Source: Octopus vulgaris
Lineage: Eukaryota
Reading direction: 5' to 3'
Length of the DNA: 64,000 nucleotides
Assembly (NCBI GenBank): GCA_951406725.2
Contig: OX597816.1
Location: 128,526,001-128,590,000 of the forward strand
Each line of letters starts with the position of its first letter. Position 1 is the stretch's first letter. Under the pieces are notes generated by a model, which saw only the letters and a program-made list of their open reading frames with translations, was not told the DNA's origin and did no database searches. The position numbers and the translations under genes are program-made. Shown piece after piece: positions 24,161 to 38,307 of this stretch.

Positions 24161-26567
24161 TTCCCTTGAAGTATTTGCTATGAAAAGCTGTGAACGTAAT
24201 TTTCTATTACCCTGTGGTTCAAAAGTTTAGTTTTATATACTATTTGGCATGGGAACATATTAATGCGATGCTTTAAAAAAAAATGCCTCCTGGGGGCAAA
24301 AAAGATTGTTACAAACCTTGAGAAATGTATTGTTTTCATTTCGTATGTTTATCTTTTTAATCATGAAATTTATTATATTTGCTTTAGTATGAGAAACTTA
24401 AACAATGAAATGATGAAAAGAAAGACAAAAAAAGAAAGAAAGAAAGAAGATGGCATTAAGAAGTCAATGATATATTTTGTATTATATTTAATATTACGGC
24501 TATATCACAATCCTCATCATCGTCATCAGTATTTTCAACCACAGCATTAATAGCAACAGTAAAACTTTCCTTTTGTTGTGTATTTACTCATTTATTTATT
24601 CATTTACTTTTTATCATTCCACTAGAAGAGTCTTACTTCTTACTCCATGGTAACCTATTCACAATTTTTATCTCTATGGAAAAGTTACTTGCTCCAGTAT
24701 AAAATATGATCATGGCTTTCCCCAAAGCAAAATGCAGCAATAGATTGAAAGTTGCTATTTTCAGCTTTTATGTTATCAGTCCGATAGATTTTTATCATTG
24801 TGTAAAAATATGAAGGCAGACAGAAAACTTCAAAGAAAATTATCTTATTTGGTTTCTAAGCATGCAATACCTAAAGGGAAGCTTTAATGTTTTGAAGATA
24901 AGATTAAATTTGCTACAGATATTATAATGTATTTCTCATGACATTATGTTTCATATATGACCCAGTGATAATATCATTCCTTTACCAATGTGGACCATGC
25001 AGTAAACAAAACTTAATGGTAGGCTTTTTTTTTTTTCGTATGAAAATACTATAGTACTTCTTCAGAAGAAGCATTTAATGAACTACTCCAATTTTGATGC
25101 TATATGAAGCTTTTAGAAATCACTCATGTTGTTTATACAATTCAGAAAGATTCATCTGAGCTTTAACTTCTTATTTTTCGTAATCAATCATCAAAATCAA
25201 AGCCAGAAGGTATGCAAAAAGGTAAATAAGTAAATAAATAAAAATAAAGAAAGAACAAAAGTTTTAATCTTGCCTCTTCTCAGATATGTATAAGGTCATT
25301 GATTTCATAAAATGAACTGAAAAAAAGTAAAATAAAATGAAATAAAATCATTACTCACTTGAGAATATTCCAAATATCATTTCTTTATAAATTTTTGGAA
25401 TTTGGATCGTACAATTATGCACTTAATATATACATTCACACACATATCACATATGAATATATGCATATATCTATATTTTTATCCTATCGCTTGCTCTCTA
25501 CCCTCTGTGGTGTGTGTAAGTGTGTGTGCATGGGTGTAGATGTGTGTGTGTATGTATATATATGTATATATATATATATAATCCATACATACATACATAC
25601 ATAGCAATAAGCTTGTATATATGAATACATACATATTCTTTTAATTGTTTCAGTCATGTGAATGCGGCCAACTAACAGGTTTATGTTTTTATTTTCTTTG
25701 TTGACATGAGTTGAAAGGTACTGCAAATAGATAACCTTATTAAAAGTAATCATGAAATTAATAATGGCCCCTATTTTACCACTGTAGTAAGTGTGTGAAT
25801 CTGAGAGAGTAATATGTTGAATAAAATCATAACTGATCCTACTGTATTTTCTTTTACCCAAAGCCAGTAACTTTTCAGTATTTGATCATGTTGTTCCTGG
25901 TGCATAACTGCTATTATGAATCAAAAATCATTCTTCTTCCCCAGGAACTGTTCTATATCAGCCATCAAGTTAGTAGATGGCACATCTCTTTTCAAAGACC
26001 AGTCAAATATATAAAGGCCTTGGTGAAACACTTCAACCCGTTGCTAAACTAGTTTACTCAGCAGTAATGGAGGAAATTTAAATAATGTGCACTGTTTACC
26101 ATCTTTACAAGTCACTGACCTTTACCAATGTTAAAGTTGCTGTCAAAACTTTAAAAACTGGCAATAACAAGACATGTTTATTGTTCTTTTATCTATCAAA
26201 AGCATAAAAAGAATTTCTTTGGGGTGGTCTCAAGAGATACCCTTGCCCATCCAAAATCTGAGAACCTTCTCAGCCAATTCCACAGAAATGATGATTTGCA
26301 TTGTTTATTGTGAGACTGGAAAGGATAATTCCTGTACTATTCAATATCTCTATCTGTGTGATCACAATTTTATGTGGGAAGGTGGAAAAAAGAGTTATTT
26401 AAATTCTGATTTCAAGGAGCCTCCTAAACATTAGAAGACTACAAATCACCACCAAGATCTTATGTAGGCAGACCACTGTGCTAAAGAATTTATGATTGTA
26501 CCCTGTTAGACCACATTCTAGAAGTCCTACAAAACATTGCCTCAACAACTATTATATAAAAGAATAA

Positions 26568-26782
26568 TGGCAGTGAGCTGGCAGAATTGTTAGCACTTTG
26601 GGGAAAATGCTTAGCGGCATCTCATCCATGTTTATGTTTTGAGTTCAAATTCTATCAAGGTCAACTTTGCATTTAATCCTTTTGAGGTTAATAAAATGAG
26701 TACCAGTTGAGCACTGGGGTCCATGTAATCAACTTACCCCTCCCCCAAAATTGCTGGCCTTATACCAAACTTTGAAACCATT
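26568..26782 (+). mobile_element. SINE family A
   Basis: Consensus head and body. Confidence 0.85.
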
Positions 26783-27719
26783 ATATGAAAGAACTAGCTT
26801 GAAAAGAAACAGGGACTATCTATTAATAACACAATGTCCCACCATCCTTTTTCATTTTTTCGGTACAATTGCAATAATTGTCTCAGCAGTATCTCTAGAA
26901 ACTTCATATTGGTTGAGAAAATCTACAACTACCTCAAACATGACTATACAAACTTTGCAAGACTCTGAAAGTGTGTTTCCCTAAATAATATCCATCTCAG
27001 CATTCATACAAAGATTCTCATCTACTGTGAAGTTCGTGTTTTCATTCTCCTGATGAGGTGCACACTGTTGAAACTGGCTATTGAATATGAGTATTTATCT
27101 TGACCAAAATTCCATTTGCATATCCCTTAAGAATGTTGCAGCTAGCTCAGTCTTTTGCTGTTGTGAATATTTCATGATTAAAGCTTCAGATAATTAATAA
27201 AAAGGTGTGGATGACATTAATTCTGCAGATCCAGACACAACATTAGTATTTTTTCAGTTAGATCACTGACAGGACAACAATACTATAGACAAGCTGTTAC
27301 CCTAGTATATATACCCATTTATAATCTAATCTTGTTTGTGATTATAGTAGTTACTACAGTCTTTAATGACAGCTGTGTAGACCATATTGTTATCGGTCTT
27401 GCAATAGCATTAACTATAGCAGAATCTTTGAATGATGGACGTATTTAAATGCCTTCTTATATTCTAGAATTCAGTGGCACTGCTGTACTCTCCCACAGAC
27501 AAGTCTGTTGATAAAGAATTGTTTAGCACAACCCAAAACTCCTTTCTTTGCTCCTATCTGTCCATCAGTCAGAGTATTGTTTGCCCTGCCTGTATCTCAG
27601 ACACACATTCAAGTGGCCAGTGTACAGCTTAAACATGCTATGGGCCTATGATTTTCTTTTTGACACATCTGTAGATAAGTCCATGCATCAATCAACTAGT
27701 ATGGTATATTGTGTTCAGC

Positions 27720-28040
27720 ATCACTTCTTCATCATCGTTATTAATTAATGTTCATCTTCCATGCTGGCATGGGTTGGACGGTTTGACAGAAGCTGACAAG
27801 CCAGAGAGCAGCACCAGGCTGCATTGTCTGCTTTGGTATGGTTTCTAGGGCTGGATGCCCTTCCTAACACCAACCACTTTACAGAATATACTGGGTGCTT
27901 CTTATGTGGCACCATCACTGGTACTTGTTATGTGGCACCAACACCAGTAGGGTAGCCAAGGAACTTACAAGACAAAGGCTTCTCAGCTGGGAGAGGGAGT
28001 GGTACAAAGGGAAGTGACTTTCTGCCAGGTAAGAAGTTGA
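27720..28040 (-). mobile_element. RTE 3'UTR-related repeat
   Basis: (CAT)n tail plus CCATGCTGGCATGGGTTGGACGGTTTGAC...GGATGCCCTTCCTAAC. Confidence 0.75.
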
Positions 28041-30806
28041 TGAGAGTTTTCTTGCAAGGCATGATCTTCCTTTAGAAATAATTGACTATCTGGTCCCTCC
28101 CATATGATTTTTCATTTGCAACAACTCTCAGGATTGTTTCACTGATGATGTCATAGGTTCTAAAACATATATAACCATTTATTACATTGCACTCCATTGC
28201 TCCTTATATTTATTGCATTGTGGTTGTGCTGCATCTTTACATTCTAGATTCAGTCACAGAGAGGCTCTAAATAATTTCTGAGGAGAGCATTTTTTCAAAC
28301 TTAATGGCATAACTTTTCTTGCTGTGATAAACATTTTGTGAGATTAACATAAAACTATAGTTGATAGTCCTATATTCTTGTCATTTCTTACAATAACAAT
28401 TTACTTATTGTTCATAACTTATATTTAAGAGCAATTAGTATACACAGAAGAATTTCTTGATCACAATTCTTGTAAATTTTGGATAGTCTATCTGATGGTT
28501 CATGAATAAATCTTTCACCTCAATATTGTATACAATTGTCTGATGCTTTTCTGCAATATGTCGATGTTGTTTTCTGAGAGAGGCAATTCATTTTGATCGT
28601 GTGTTATCATTTTGATCAATCTCCATTATTTGCATCTTTCAGCAAATGTTAATTTGCAAGACTAGGATATTCAATGTCCAAGGCTGGAAGCTTCAATTTA
28701 TGCTAGGTGTTCAGTAGCAACTAGAACAAACAAGAATAACAGAATAGCAATGAGTGGTTCAAGGTTTCCTGTCATAATAATGTTTTCATTTTATGGATTG
28801 TTGATGTAATTAGAAAAGTTTTCTTTAAATTTTACTGTGAATGGTATTTTGAGCTGTTTGTACCCTTCACTCATTTCTATTTATTCCTAAGCATGTCCAT
28901 GTGATGGTGGCAGTTATGTGTTTGTGTTATTATTATTGTTTTTATTTTGGTTGCACTTCATGCTTTTAGCAATTTTCTCAAGGGCAAAATCAAATGGGTT
29001 ATCAATACTGTTATCTACTCTGCATTTTAGATTGCTGATTTGGCTAGATATAGCAGCATACATTTTCTCAACAAATGTAACTTGCTGACTCAATTACTTT
29101 GCACAGAAATGGGGGTAAATGGGGTATTTTATATCCAAATAGTTCTTCATCCTTTTCATGAAATTGATTGAAGGATCTTACCTGACCTTTTTGCAGAATC
29201 AGTATAAATCAAGATTCAATCCTGTTTACTAAAATTTCTCTTGATATTTTGACAATCTGCAATAAGTGACCCTGACTTCTTGACTTCACATGACATATAT
29301 CATAGTAATACACATGTTATTTAACTTTACTGCTTGATTGCTGTCACCATTTTCTCTGTAAAGGGCACTTCTCTGCTTTTATCTAAAGATAACCCTTTTC
29401 CCTTTTTTATATTTTTTGCTAGATTTGTAAAATGATAAACTTTTTATGGAGTAGTTTTCATTACATGAAAGAATGAATCATCAGCTCTGCTGACAAGACT
29501 GACTTATATCTGTATGCATGTGTTATGTGTACTTGTATCTATGCATAGATGTATGTTGTTTTCCTTTTTAATTAATTTTTGAATTCTTCCTATAAGGAAG
29601 AAGCTGAATTCTGACAAAGAAAAATAAGTTCCATCACTTGAACCTAGATTATAAAATAATGACATGTTATATGTTGAACTGTAAAGGAATCTTTAATAAT
29701 TTTACTGTTCTACTTAGAGTTTCTATCTGTAAAGTGCATTTTCACTGGTCCCTTTCTTTGCCTGAAAACCATAGCTTTCTAAGATTATCTCATAGATAAG
29801 TAATGCCATAACCAAGAGCACCAATAGTTATAGCTGTAAATACATGAATTTATAATCTGAGTAGAGACACTGCAGATTTCAAAGAATTTCTCTGTAAATA
29901 TTCTCTTTCTCACCAATTTTGAAAGAAATGTTCAAACCTGTTAAGCAATTAACTCTATGACTACATAATTTCATTTTCTTCCCCAAACATTTACATTGGG
30001 CCTGTTTATACTTGGTAGAAGTTTTGATTGGAATTTTCCACAAATATTCCTTTTGTTGATTTATGTATTTATTTGGCAAAATATTTTCTGTATATATAAC
30101 CTACAGTAATTTTTCCTCTGAACAACAGCATTACATATTATTTTAGCCATATCACGTTGTACTGGAAGGTGGTACCTTGATGACATTTTTGAACAGCTGC
30201 ACATCCCATGTGTAATGCCTTCTGCAGAAATGTGATATAATTGTAATTTTCTATCACATCTTGGGAGTTTTAAAGCTAACCCTTCTACTACTAAAGAGCT
30301 ACTAAAACCTTGGTTTTTATGGTACAAAATTATTCTTAAAATTTATCTAAATTAAAATCTATCAAAATTTCAATTTGATTTCTGCTCCAAACATCAGCTT
30401 AATAATGATATAGTTATTTTATTAAATACTTCACAACTTTCAAAATTAATTGAAACAAAGAGAGCGTAATTTTAATAGAAATTTGGTAACAAAAGGGAAA
30501 ATGCACCTTTCTATAATATATTTTCTTCAAAATGTATTTATTTCTAATACTCGTTATGTGAAACAGATTAGATATGAAGACCATTGATGTAAAGATTTTG
30601 TGTTTAGGGAGCAGTTTTTTAATGTTCAGCTGTCAGAAGTGAATATTTCTTCTCATCAAACATCATTTCTTTATCAGAGTGTTACAAAATTCAGCTGGCT
30701 TCAAAGCATTGTAAAGATATTTCTAATATAGACTTTTAGCTCTTCTAGAAAGAAGTTATGGATTATATTGGTGTGTCTTGTTATTGTAGAGCCTAACACA
30801 TAACTA

Positions 30807-31229
30807 CTCTTACTCTCTTTTTACTCTTTTACTTGTTTCAGTCATTTGACTGCGGCCATGCTGGAGCACCACCTTTAGTTGAGCAAATCAACCCCGGGAC
30901 TAATTCTTTGTAAGCCCAGTACTTATTCTATCGGTCTCTTTTGCCGAAGCACTAAGTGATGGGGACGTAAACACACCAGCATCGGTTGTCAAGCAATGCT
31001 AGGGGGACAAACACAGACACACAAACATATACACACACACTTATATATATATATATACATATATACGACAGGCTTCTTTCAGTTTCCGTCTACCAAATCC
31101 ACTTGCAAGGCATTGGTCGGCCCGGGGCTATAGCAGAAGACACTTGCCCAAGATGCCACGCAGTGGGACTGAACCCAGGACCATGTGGTTGGTTAGCAAG
31201 CTACTTACCACACAGCCACTCCTGCGCCT
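30807..31229 (-). mobile_element. SINE family B, full length and relatively young
   Basis: Retains many CpGs; complete head and (TTTACTC)n tail. Confidence 0.9.
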
Positions 31230-31920
31230 ACTGTATGTTTTTAAAAGACATTATTGTATTTAGTGCCAAGTAAACAGAAACAAAAATAGACGGTATCCTT
31301 GGAATATTCTCTTTGAAATATTTATAACCTGAGAGACAACTGTTCCACATTCAATTACAACTTGGAAGATTGTTGGCCAAGCCTTTGTGAGGCTTTTAAT
31401 GGCAGTAACTAAAGCAGCAGTGCAATGAATATATGTATGCATGTGTATGTTTACGTATGTGTATGTTTATGTATGTGTATATATGTATATATATGTATGT
31501 ATGTACATGTGTGTGTATGTTTATTTATGTGTATATATGTACATATATATGTATGTGTTTGTGTGTGCATGTGTGTTTGTATTCATAGATGAATGTATGC
31601 ATGTATGTGTGATTTTTCTTTGAGTTTAAAAAAATTCTTCTTGAGAGAGTTTAAGCCAATTGCTAACAAAGCAAAAGTTCCTCATGTTTGTAAATATGTG
31701 GTTGAGTTGGTGCATTGGTTGAGTCGTCTATGCATACACCCAAGTGTGTGCATCTATTCACATAAGAATCTCAGATGGCGGACTTTTGGAATGTCTTACA
31801 AATCTTCACTGTGCCACTAATAGATTGGATTTGGAGAATCCATATCAATTTCCTTTGCTCTTTTTCTGTGAAAGCAAGTGTTTCAAGGTTTTTATGCAAA
31901 ATGAATGTATGTATGTACAA

Positions 31921-31959
<39 letters not shown>

Positions 31960-32033
31960 CATATATACAACTATGTGTATATAAATATAAACTAACATTT
32001 GATTTTTGTTTTTTTTTTATAAGTGCTGAAATG

Positions 32034-32260
32034 TGTATTGCAGGATCTAAATAAGATGATAATTTAATTTCAAACACAGATTAATTTGTAATGGTAAAGC
32101 ACTTGGCAGGAGTCTTCAAGGGATGTGGGTTTGAGTCCTATGGCTGGTTGTTGACAAATTTTTCTGCTTTGTAAGAGTAATTTACCCAATATTTCTGCTA
32201 TTCTAACAGCATTTCTGCATTCGAAAATAAATTATTATCTTATTTGTATCCTGCAATACA
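32034..32260. mobile_element. MITE-like element with ~41-47-bp TIRs enclosing a tRNA-like Pol III cassette
   Basis: TIRs TGTATTGCAGGATCTAAATAAGATGATAATTTA / TAAATTATTATCTTATTTGTATCCTGCAATACA; internal GTAATGGTAAAGCA and GGTTTGAGTCC. Confidence 0.7.
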
Positions 32261-32983
32261 TATATATGCAAATTTGCATGCATGTCACTGCAGTGTCAGA
32301 TGACAATGTTATATAATAATCTGTTCATGTTTATGTTGTTGTTGATTAAACTGGCAAATCCACCAAGAAGCCTTGGTGGATAGGGTTGAATTTTAAACAC
32401 CCAGGGGGAATTAAAAACAAAATCTAATGATGAATGAATGCAGGAGTGTCTACTACCATCCAATAGTGCATGTACATGAATGTGAATGTATTAGCATATT
32501 AATAAATGTGTTTAAGTACATATAAAAAGAGATAATCTAATATGAAATCTGTAGTGTTTATAACCCATGGTCATTTTGCATTTCTTTGAAGTTTTTTGTT
32601 TGTTTGTTTTTTGGCTTCATTTATTGTTTGTTTTTTTTTTGTTTTTTCTTGCTTCATTTATTGTTTTTTTTTTTTTTTTTTTTTTTTGCTTGTTGCTAAC
32701 AACTTCAAATATTTAGAAAGGGTACTTGCATTGCACATGTCTTTGGTATTTTTGTTTTCATTTTGTTGTCAATACAAGTAAGAACTTTCTTCGAATCACA
32801 AATAGATGGTTGACCTATCATTTTGTTTTGGGGTATGACACATGCCTGCAAGAATGAAATCCCACCATTCCCATAGTTTACTTTATTTTTTGATAGTATA
32901 ATACATGGATAGTAATCAAAAATGGACAAAGTGCTTTGGTTGCTTATACAGTTACATTCTCTACTGAAATGCGGCCTGTGTTT

Positions 32984-33475
32984 CATCATCATCATCATCA
33001 TCATCCTTTAACGTCCACTTTCCATGCTAGCATGGGTTGGACGATTTGACTGAGGACTGGCGAACCAGATGGCTGCGCCAGGTTCCAATCTGATCTGGCA
33101 GAGTTTCTACGGCTGGATGCCCTTCCTAATGCCAACCACTCTGAGAGTGTAGTGGGTGCTTTTACGTGCCTCCGGCACAAGGGCCAGTCTGGCGGTACTG
33201 GCAACGGCCACGCTCGAAATGGTGTTTTTTACATGCCACCTAAACAGGAGTTAGTCCAGCAGCACTGGCAATGACCTCGCTTGAATGTTTAGTTCATGTG
33301 CCAGTAAGGCGATGTTGGTAATGATCACGCTCAAATGGTGCTTTTTACGTGCCCACCAGCACGGAAGCCAGACAGCTGCTCTGGCAGTGATCCCACTTGG
33401 ATGGAACTATTAGCACTCCACTGGTATGGGTGCCAGTCATCGAATTTGGTTAAAATTTCGATTTGTCTACGAGTT
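32984..33475 (-). mobile_element. RTE 3'UTR/RTE-tailed repeat with internal tandem subrepeats
   Basis: (CAT)n tail; three copies of the GGTGCTTTTTACGTGCC-like unit. Confidence 0.8.
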
Positions 33476-33635
33476 GAAATTTTGTTCTTGCTATGCTGGT
33501 GTATGTTTATGAACATGATGGTTCATGACAGATAGTAAATGCATGTGGCTTAGTGGTCAGGGTATTCAACTCATGATCAAGTCAAAAATCATCATCATTT
33601 GTTTGTAAGCATGTATGTCTGTGTGTATGTGTGTG

Positions 33636-33674
<39 letters not shown>

Positions 33675-33729
33675 CAGTGTGTATGCATATGTAAGTGTGT
33701 GCATAAATGTATGTAAGTATAAAATACCT

Positions 33730-34030
33730 TCGAAGGCATGTGGCATAGTGTTAGGGTACTCAGCTCTTAGTCATAAACAAGGGCATGGGTTGAATTGTTG
33801 GCAGCACATTGTATTGCTCCAGTTCACTAAGCTGGCAAAAATTAGTAGTACCTCTATTTTAAAGGGCCGACCATATCACATTCTGTGTCAGGCCGAATCT
33901 CCCTGAGAACTTACACTAAATGTACGCATGTCTATGGAGTGCTCAGCCACTTGCATGTTAGTTTCACAAGCAGACAATTGTATTGATCAGATCAGCTGAA
34001 AACCATCATTATCATAGCTGATGGAGAGTC
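33730..34030 (+). mobile_element. SINE family C variant
   Basis: tRNA-like head, TTGCTCCAGTTCACT core. Confidence 0.65.
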
Positions 34031-34245
34031 GGCAAAGTAAAATAAAGTAAATAAAATACGACAACATGTAACAATGGTGTTATGTGTAACATGTAACATG
34101 CAAGTACACAATGGTACTTCCATTAAGAGAAACAACAGCAATAACAATTGACACCTTCTGTTTTGTATGCCTGGATAGGTAGATGGAAGCAAGACATTTA
34201 AACCATCAGAAACACAAACACACACACACACACACATATGTATAT

Positions 34246-34297
<52 letters not shown>

Positions 34298-34662
34298 GAT
34301 AATACATAATATTGGAAGCTAGAGATAAGACAGAACTAAAACTATTGTTAAAATTAGAATATTAGAATACACAGTTATTTCATACAATGTCCATTTTATA
34401 TTAGTAGACAGCTTAGTTTGAAAGATAAACAGTCTAGTAACATTAACAAATTATCATTACATGTAGAAGAAGAGAAAGAAAAGAAACGAAGAAATCAACA
34501 AGCAAACAAATTATTTTACTTTGCTGTCTATTGGTGTGAATATGTATTTATAAGTTGGTGTGTTTATACTTCTTGTGAATATTAACATGTGAGTATTTTT
34601 ATGAGTATGTTGGTACATATATAAATCTATATACTCATTCACACGTATACATATATACATGC

Positions 34663-34693
<31 letters not shown>

Positions 34694-35036
34694 TATGTGC
34701 ACTTCTCTATGTAGGTATGTGTGTGTATATATATATATATATATGCATGTATATGTATGCATATATGTATCTATAAACTGTATAGCTTTGTATGCCTTCA
34801 GTGAATCTCTGTGTGTATGCATGTGTGTGTGTACGTGTGTGTGCTAGTGTTTATATTGGTGAAGGTAAACTGTTGATGGAAATACAGCCGTTAGGGAATG
34901 CATATTTAATATTATTCAGAAAAATGGTAGTATTATGTTTAAACTGGTCCCCTGTGACTTGCTAATCTTGTAATTTGTAACAATAATATATAAATTATTC
35001 ATGGAGTGCGTATGGGTATGTACTTTCATGTATGTG

Positions 35037-35067
<31 letters not shown>

Positions 35068-35334
35068 GCATGTGTGTGTGTGTATATATATATATATATG
35101 TAAGCATGTGTGTGTATATATATATGTATATATATATTTATTTATTTATTTATTTACATCTAGCACATGAATGTATTAGGTTGAAATGCTTGTACTCACA
35201 TTTGCACACAGAGACATATGCACTTGTATGAGTCCATCACTTCAATATATACACATACATATATACAACATATATACATGTGTATGTATGTGTTTGTGTG
35301 TATGTATATATATATATATATATATATATAAACG

Positions 35335-35382
<48 letters not shown>

Positions 35383-36233
35383 AATATGTATAGATAGATA
35401 GATAAATAGAAAGATAGATAGTGCACACATTTATAATATTTAATATTCTTTTGCCTAAGACAGGTTTACGCCAATGTTAAGCATTGGAAGTTGTATTAGT
35501 ATTCCATTATTATCATTATCATCACCACCTTCACCATCATTATTTTTATTTATTTATTTATCTATCTATTTATTTATCTATCTATTTATTTTTGGTACAT
35601 TCAGGAGTATGCTTGTTTAAATAACTCAGTCCAGATCCTTCTTTACCATACAGTGGTTTCTTAGATCTTCATAAGAAATTGAATTCTTTCACTATTCATT
35701 GATGGAGTAGTAGTGCTATTGTTGATGTTGTTGTTGTTGTTGTTTAGACCAAGCTAATTCCTGATTGATCAGATGTGTGATCAAAGGTGTTCATTCAAGT
35801 AGCAACAATTGCCACTTTTTGGATATGTGGGACAACATTGTCTTTCCTTCATTAAAATGGTAAGAGATATGATTTGGGAAAATTTGGTTGCTATTTTGAG
35901 CAGATTCAGCTATAATATAGATTTGTCTTTGTCGCTTCATGACAAAAGTTACGATGTGACGATGATGGTGATAATGGTGATGAGAAGGTGAATTAAGAGT
36001 AAAAACTGTTATAATAATAGATGATGATGAAGACAGAAAGGAAGTTATACTGATAACAACAATGAATATGTTGACAAAAATAATAATGGTGAGGGGAGGG
36101 AAGTTTTAGGCTTGAAGGTAACTGAATTATTCATTCATCATTCTAACTAAAACTACAGTTCTAGATAACAATCCTTCCCAGTATCTCTTGAGAACTTCAG
36201 GTCTAGTTCCTAATTTTAACTTGGTATCATAAA

Positions 36234-36700
36234 TATTGGTTTCGAATTTTGGCACAAGGCCAGAAAGTTTGGGAGAGATGGTAAGTCAATTACATCGACC
36301 CCAGTGTTCAACAGGTACATATTTTATTGATCCCCAAAAGGATGAAAGGCAATGCCAACTCCAGCAGAATTTGAACTCAGAACATAAGATGGACAAACTG
36401 CAGCTAAGCATTTTACCCAGCATGCTAACAACTCTGCCAGCTCACTGCCTTCTTGGCATCATAAATATTGAAGAATTAAGCATTGAAGACTATTTACCTT
36501 TATTGGTTTCAAATTTTGGCACAAGGCAAGCAATTTTGGGGGAGGGTGTAAGTCAATTATGTCAACCCCAGCACTCAACTGGTACTTATTTCATCAACCC
36601 TGGAAGGATGAAAGGCAGAGTTTACTTTAGCAGAATTTGAACTCAGGATGTAATAACAAGTAAAATGCCATTAAGTATTTTTCCCAGTATGCTAACTATT
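36234..36700 (-). mobile_element. two tandem SINE family A copies
   Basis: Both begin TATTGGTTTC.AATTTTGGCACAAGGC on the plus strand (36234 and 36501). Confidence 0.8.
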
Positions 36701-37329
36701 TACCTATATTGTATATCATATTTTCAAATGATAGAGGCTGTGTTTACTTTTAGCATAGGTTGATGGCGGATCCTTGATCAAAGATGGCAAGGAATATTCA
36801 GTTGTTCAATCAACTCAAGTATCTACTTGGTAAATTAGTGCCTAAGTAGCTGAGTATTCCATGGACATATGTACCCTTACCATAATTCATAGGCCTAATG
36901 AATATGACAGTGAGTAAAACAAGGCTAGAACTTTGAATTACAAAGACAAACTATCTGACAGGTTTCCTTACAGTTTCTGTCTATTCAATTTTACTCACAA
37001 TGCTTGGATTAAGTTAAGGCTATAGTAAAAATCATTTGGCAAAGATGCTACCCAAAATGGTTAATCTCCAGTACCTCCTTATTGAAAAAATCCTTTTAAC
37101 CACTCAGCCATGCCTACATCCATCAATACATACTTTCAGTTTAAGGTCAGAGCTTTTTCATTTAAGATATGGAGGAAGAGCAGATCCATAGATTTTGTAG
37201 GCACACTCATCAAGCTGATTCAGTTTTAATCAATTTAAATTTCAGAGTTCTCTCCCTTGCCTACCTGGTTATAATTGTCATTAATGTCCTAGTCTTAAAT
37301 TGCTGTCCAGCAATGTTTATTCAGACACA

Positions 37330-37688
37330 TTTTGCGATGTCGGGCGCAAAAATAACTTAAGCTAAGCCTGAAAGCAATGAAGTCATAAAAGAATCATCCA
37401 TGACTTGCAATAAGCAATATTTATTAAACGTTATTACTGTTATTTCTTTATTTTCTGCAAACAAAATGCACAAAAAAGCTACACGTTTGCATTATATTAT
37501 ATATACAATAATAAAGGACGTCACCGCATACATTTTTACAAACCAAGAACGTTATATAGACCTCCTTGACTCAAGTTAGAGAAGGGGTGTGTATTACACA
37601 CAGGGTTTAGGTTTTTCAGAGGTACAACCCCCTAAAAATCCCTTGCATATTATACTCAAGGGTGGACTATACTCGAGGATTTACAGTA
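37330..37688. mobile_element. pogo/Tigger-like transposon end
   Basis: Terminal GGACTATACTCGAGGATTTACAG-TA and subterminal repeats resembling the 8187-9406 termini. Confidence 0.55.
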
Positions 37689-37714
37689 TATATTTGTATT
37701 TATGTGCTGCGTAT

Positions 37715-37772
37715 ATTCCACTGATGAGGCAAAGCATTTCTTATGCAAAGCCAGAAATCCAGGATCTGGAAT
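37715..37772 (+). ncRNA. type I hammerhead ribozyme, near-canonical
   Basis: Stem I AUUCCA/UGGAAU (6 bp), CUGAUGA, stem II GGC-aaa-GCAU-uucuu-AUGC-aaa-GCC, one extra A, GAAA, stem III AUC-cag-GAU, cleavage triplet AUC (37764-37766). Confidence 0.8.
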
Positions 37773-38094
37773 TATCCAGTAATTTTTTTGCTAGTTTATT
37801 TTGACTTTTTGTCTTCTCTCTTGGTGCTGTATGAACTTTTAATGAGGTTTTAGAGTCAAGTCTTGGCTGCTATTTCAAGCGTTGTGGTATCTCTTAGATA
37901 CCCGAAATTATAATTTTAATAATAATTATTACCTTTGAAGGTTTTTATTCCCATGCTGGCCACTTGATAAGTTTGATATTTAAATAATGATCTTATTCTT
38001 ATTCATATAAATTTATATATATATATACTTACATACATCAATACATACATATCTGTGCGTGCATGCATGTATATGCGTGTGTTTGTGCATGGGG

Positions 38095-38305
38095 AGGCTT
38101 TGTTGTAACCTAGCATCACCATCATTACAAATCATGTCCTTCATTTCCAGTCTTCCACATAAACATGTCCATACAGGGAGAAATATTCCTTTGCTTGGAA
38201 AACAGGTGTGGCTTGGTGACAGCAAGAGCATCCTGCTGTAGAAAACTGGCCTCAACAAATTTCATCAGATTCAGGCAAGCGTGAAATAAAATGGATATTA
38301 AAATG
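38095..38305 (+). mobile_element. RTE-tail-related repeat
   Basis: AAGAGCATCC.GCTGTAGAAA...GCAAGCGTGAAA..ATGGATATTAAA followed by (ATG)n. Confidence 0.6.
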
Positions 38306-38307
38306 CT

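Larger units (their letters stand above)
25850..28720 (-). pseudogene. highly decayed CR1-type LINE ORF2 interrupted by SINE/RTE-tail insertions
   Basis: Minus-strand remnants KGRSCLA (~28060, GRSC motif) and a weakly RT-like region at ~27050-27450; heavily frameshifted; boundaries uncertain. Confidence 0.45.

Noticed and set aside
27044-27090. CTGATGA...GAAA hammerhead-like motif
   Set aside because: Stems II and III pair poorly, and it lies antisense within the decayed LINE region; likely chance.
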